A stretch of 34,468 nt of DNA from Alphaproteobacteria bacterium (GTDB taxonomy: Bacteria; Pseudomonadota; Alphaproteobacteria; CAAHEQ01; UBA3637). Below are positions 33,156 to 34,468 of the stretch, one piece after another. The notes below the pieces were generated by a model that worked only from the letters and a program-made list of their open reading frames with translations, was not told where the DNA came from and did no database searches. Both the position numbers and the translations under genes were made by a program. The stretch lies in NCBI GenBank assembly GCA_017650375.1, contig JAGCFA010000042.1, positions 1 to 34,468 of the forward strand, written 5' to 3'. The first letter of the stretch is position 1; every line of letters starts with the position of its first letter.

Positions 33156-33530
33156 TTATTCAGCAGCTTTTGTGTCTTTCTTTTCAGCAATACGGGCTTT
33201 CTTACCGAATAAAGCGCGTAAGTAGTACAATTTACTGCGGCGCACTTTACCACGACGTACCACTTTGATTTCCACAATGTTTGGGGAATAAAGCGGGAAC
33301 ACACGTTCCACACCTTCACCAAAGGAAATCTTGCGCACTGTAAAGGTGGAAGCAGCCCCCGCATTATGACGGGCAATACACACGCCTTCATAAGCTTGAT
33401 TACGGGTATTTTTTTCTTCCACGATTTTGCACACGACACACACGGTGTCCCCTGTGGTAAATTCAGGAATTTTTTTATTCAACTTTGCGACTTGTTCAGC
33501 CTTTAAATCTTGAATAATTTTCTTTGTCAT
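33156..33530 (-). CDS. rplS: 50S ribosomal protein L19
   Basis: [10 protein letters not shown]...[50 protein letters not shown]. Confidence 0.97.
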   Translation of the reverse strand: MTKKIIQDLKAEQVAKLNKKIPEFTTGDTVCVVCKIVEEKNTRNQAYEGVCIARHNAGAASTFTVRKISFGEGVERVFPLYSPNIVEIKVVRRGKVRRSKLYYLRALFGKKARIAEKKDTKAAE

Positions 33531-33532
33531 TT

Positions 33533-34228
33533 TTATGATCCTTTCTTTAAATTGGTCAGATATTTTTCATACAAGTCTGGCCGTCTTGTTTTGGTTAAAT
33601 TTTCAGATTGCTCTTTGCGCCAAGCGGCAATTTTGGCATGATTTCCAGAAAGCAAAACTTCTGGCACCATGCGCCCTTGCCAATTTTGGGGCTTTGTATA
33701 TTGTGGGTATTCCAAAAGGTTATTTGAAAAGCTTTCTTCCAATATGGATTCAGCGTTTCCCAAAACCCCAGGAATCAAGCGAATGGTTGCATCCAGCATG
33801 GCCATCAGTGCCACTTCGCCCCCCGATAACACAAAATCACCCAAACTTATTTCTTGGATTTGCCATTTTTCCAATACGCGTTCGTCAATTCCTTCAAAAT
33901 GCCCACAAATGAAAGTGGCCTCTGATAAACTGGCCCATTCTTTCGCAGTTTTCTGATTAAAAGTTTGACCCCGCGGGGAAAGATAATAAATTGGTCCCTT
34001 TGGATTCACAGAACTCAAAGCTCTATCCACCACTTCGGCCTGCATCACCATACCGGCGCCACCGCCAAAGGGGGTATCATCCACTGAACGATAATTGTTG
34101 GTGGAAAAGTCACGGATATTGATTAAGTTCAATTCCCATTTCTTTTCGGCCAAGGCCTTACCCATCAGCGAATACCCCAGCGTTCCGGGAAACATTTCGG
34201 GATAAAGTGTCAAGATGGTTGCTTTCAT
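33533..34228 (-). CDS. trmD: tRNA (guanine37-N1)-methyltransferase TrmD
   Basis: [10 protein letters not shown]..., [39 protein letters not shown]. Conserved rimM-trmD-rplS order. Confidence 0.97.
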   Translation of the reverse strand: MKATILTLYPEMFPGTLGYSLMGKALAEKKWELNLINIRDFSTNNYRSVDDTPFGGGAGMVMQAEVVDRALSSVNPKGPIYYLSPRGQTFNQKTAKEWASLSEATFICGHFEGIDERVLEKWQIQEISLGDFVLSGGEVALMAMLDATIRLIPGVLGNAESILEESFSNNLLEYPQYTKPQNWQGRMVPEVLLSGNHAKIAAWRKEQSENLTKTRRPDLYEKYLTNLKKGS

Positions 34229-34468
34229 TCGGCCACCTCTTTCAATTCATCAGGAAGAACAAGTTCAATCTGATGATTTTCAATATCCACTTTTGGGAAA
34301 ACAGTTTTGGAAAACGGAAAATCCAGTGTTTTGCCTGAATTTGTCTTGATTTCCAAAATAACGCCGGCGCCATAGTTTGGCACATTCACTACACGCCCAA
34401 AGATTTCACCCTTTACCATCACATCCATTCCCATCAAATCACAGCAGTAAAATTCACCCTCTACGATT
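34225..34468 (-). CDS. rimM: 16S rRNA processing protein RimM, C-terminal part (5' end lies beyond the window)
   Basis: The frame is open to the window edge (…IVEGEFYCCDLMGMDVMVKGEIFGRVVNVPNYGAGVILEI…), showing the PRC-barrel motif EFY..DL.G..V. It overlaps the trmD start by 4 nt. Confidence 0.85.
   Translation of the reverse strand, partial: IVEGEFYCCDLMGMDVMVKGEIFGRVVNVPNYGAGVILEIKTNSGKTLDFPFSKTVFPKVDIENHQIELVLPDELKEVAE

Noticed and set aside
33095-33439. 114-aa ORF overlapping rplS in another frame.
   Set aside because: The rplS frame gives a textbook L19 sequence, while the alternative frame gives an implausible Cys/Lys-rich product.
1-34468. CRISPR arrays, IS elements, integrases, or prophage or defence-island gene sets.
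   Set aside because: I saw no repeat-spacer periodicity, no transposase-, integrase- or recombinase-like ORFs, and no terminal inverted repeats. Apart from the T4SS and a few orphans, the genes are core housekeeping.

Overview
AT-rich, gene-dense chromosomal window that looks alphaproteobacterial, from a Rickettsiales/Holosporales-like, probably host-associated genome (this is an inference from the DnaK/DnaJ sequences and the T4SS gene order). Nucleotides 1-12.1 kb hold a VirB/rvh-type type IV secretion module on the + strand. In order it contains a hydrophilic ORF, a virB8 paralog, a 58-aa VirB7-like lipoprotein ORF missing from the ORF track, a second virB8, virB9, virB10 and virB11. The standout is virB10, at 2140 aa. 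It has a normal N-terminal TM anchor and a normal C-terminal TrbI/VirB10 barrel with antenna helices. Between them, the usual Pro-rich linker is replaced by an Ig-like module and about 1500 residues of degenerate 16-18-residue Gly/Asp repeats, which I do not recognise as the CagY or DotG repeat types. VirB9 is also atypical, with a ~220-aa C-terminal extension ending in a SPOR-like peptidoglycan-binding domain. No virD4 follows virB11. A dUTPase-fold protein with all catalytic motifs degenerate is tightly coupled there instead. The rest is mainly housekeeping: dnaK-dnaJ, a GGDEF cyclase-ftsB pair, ampG, an ABC exporter, typA, LOG, ruvX, rpiB-nrdR-nusB, tRNA-Trp, proS, rluD, a GNAT, and rplS-trmD-rimM. 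A few orphans are scattered among these. One is a leaderless gene next to tRNA-Trp with PARP/ART-like motifs. Others are a membrane protein with a double zinc ribbon, a small-ORF plus kinase-like pair, and a decayed gene downstream of ampG. I saw no CRISPR arrays, IS elements or integrases.
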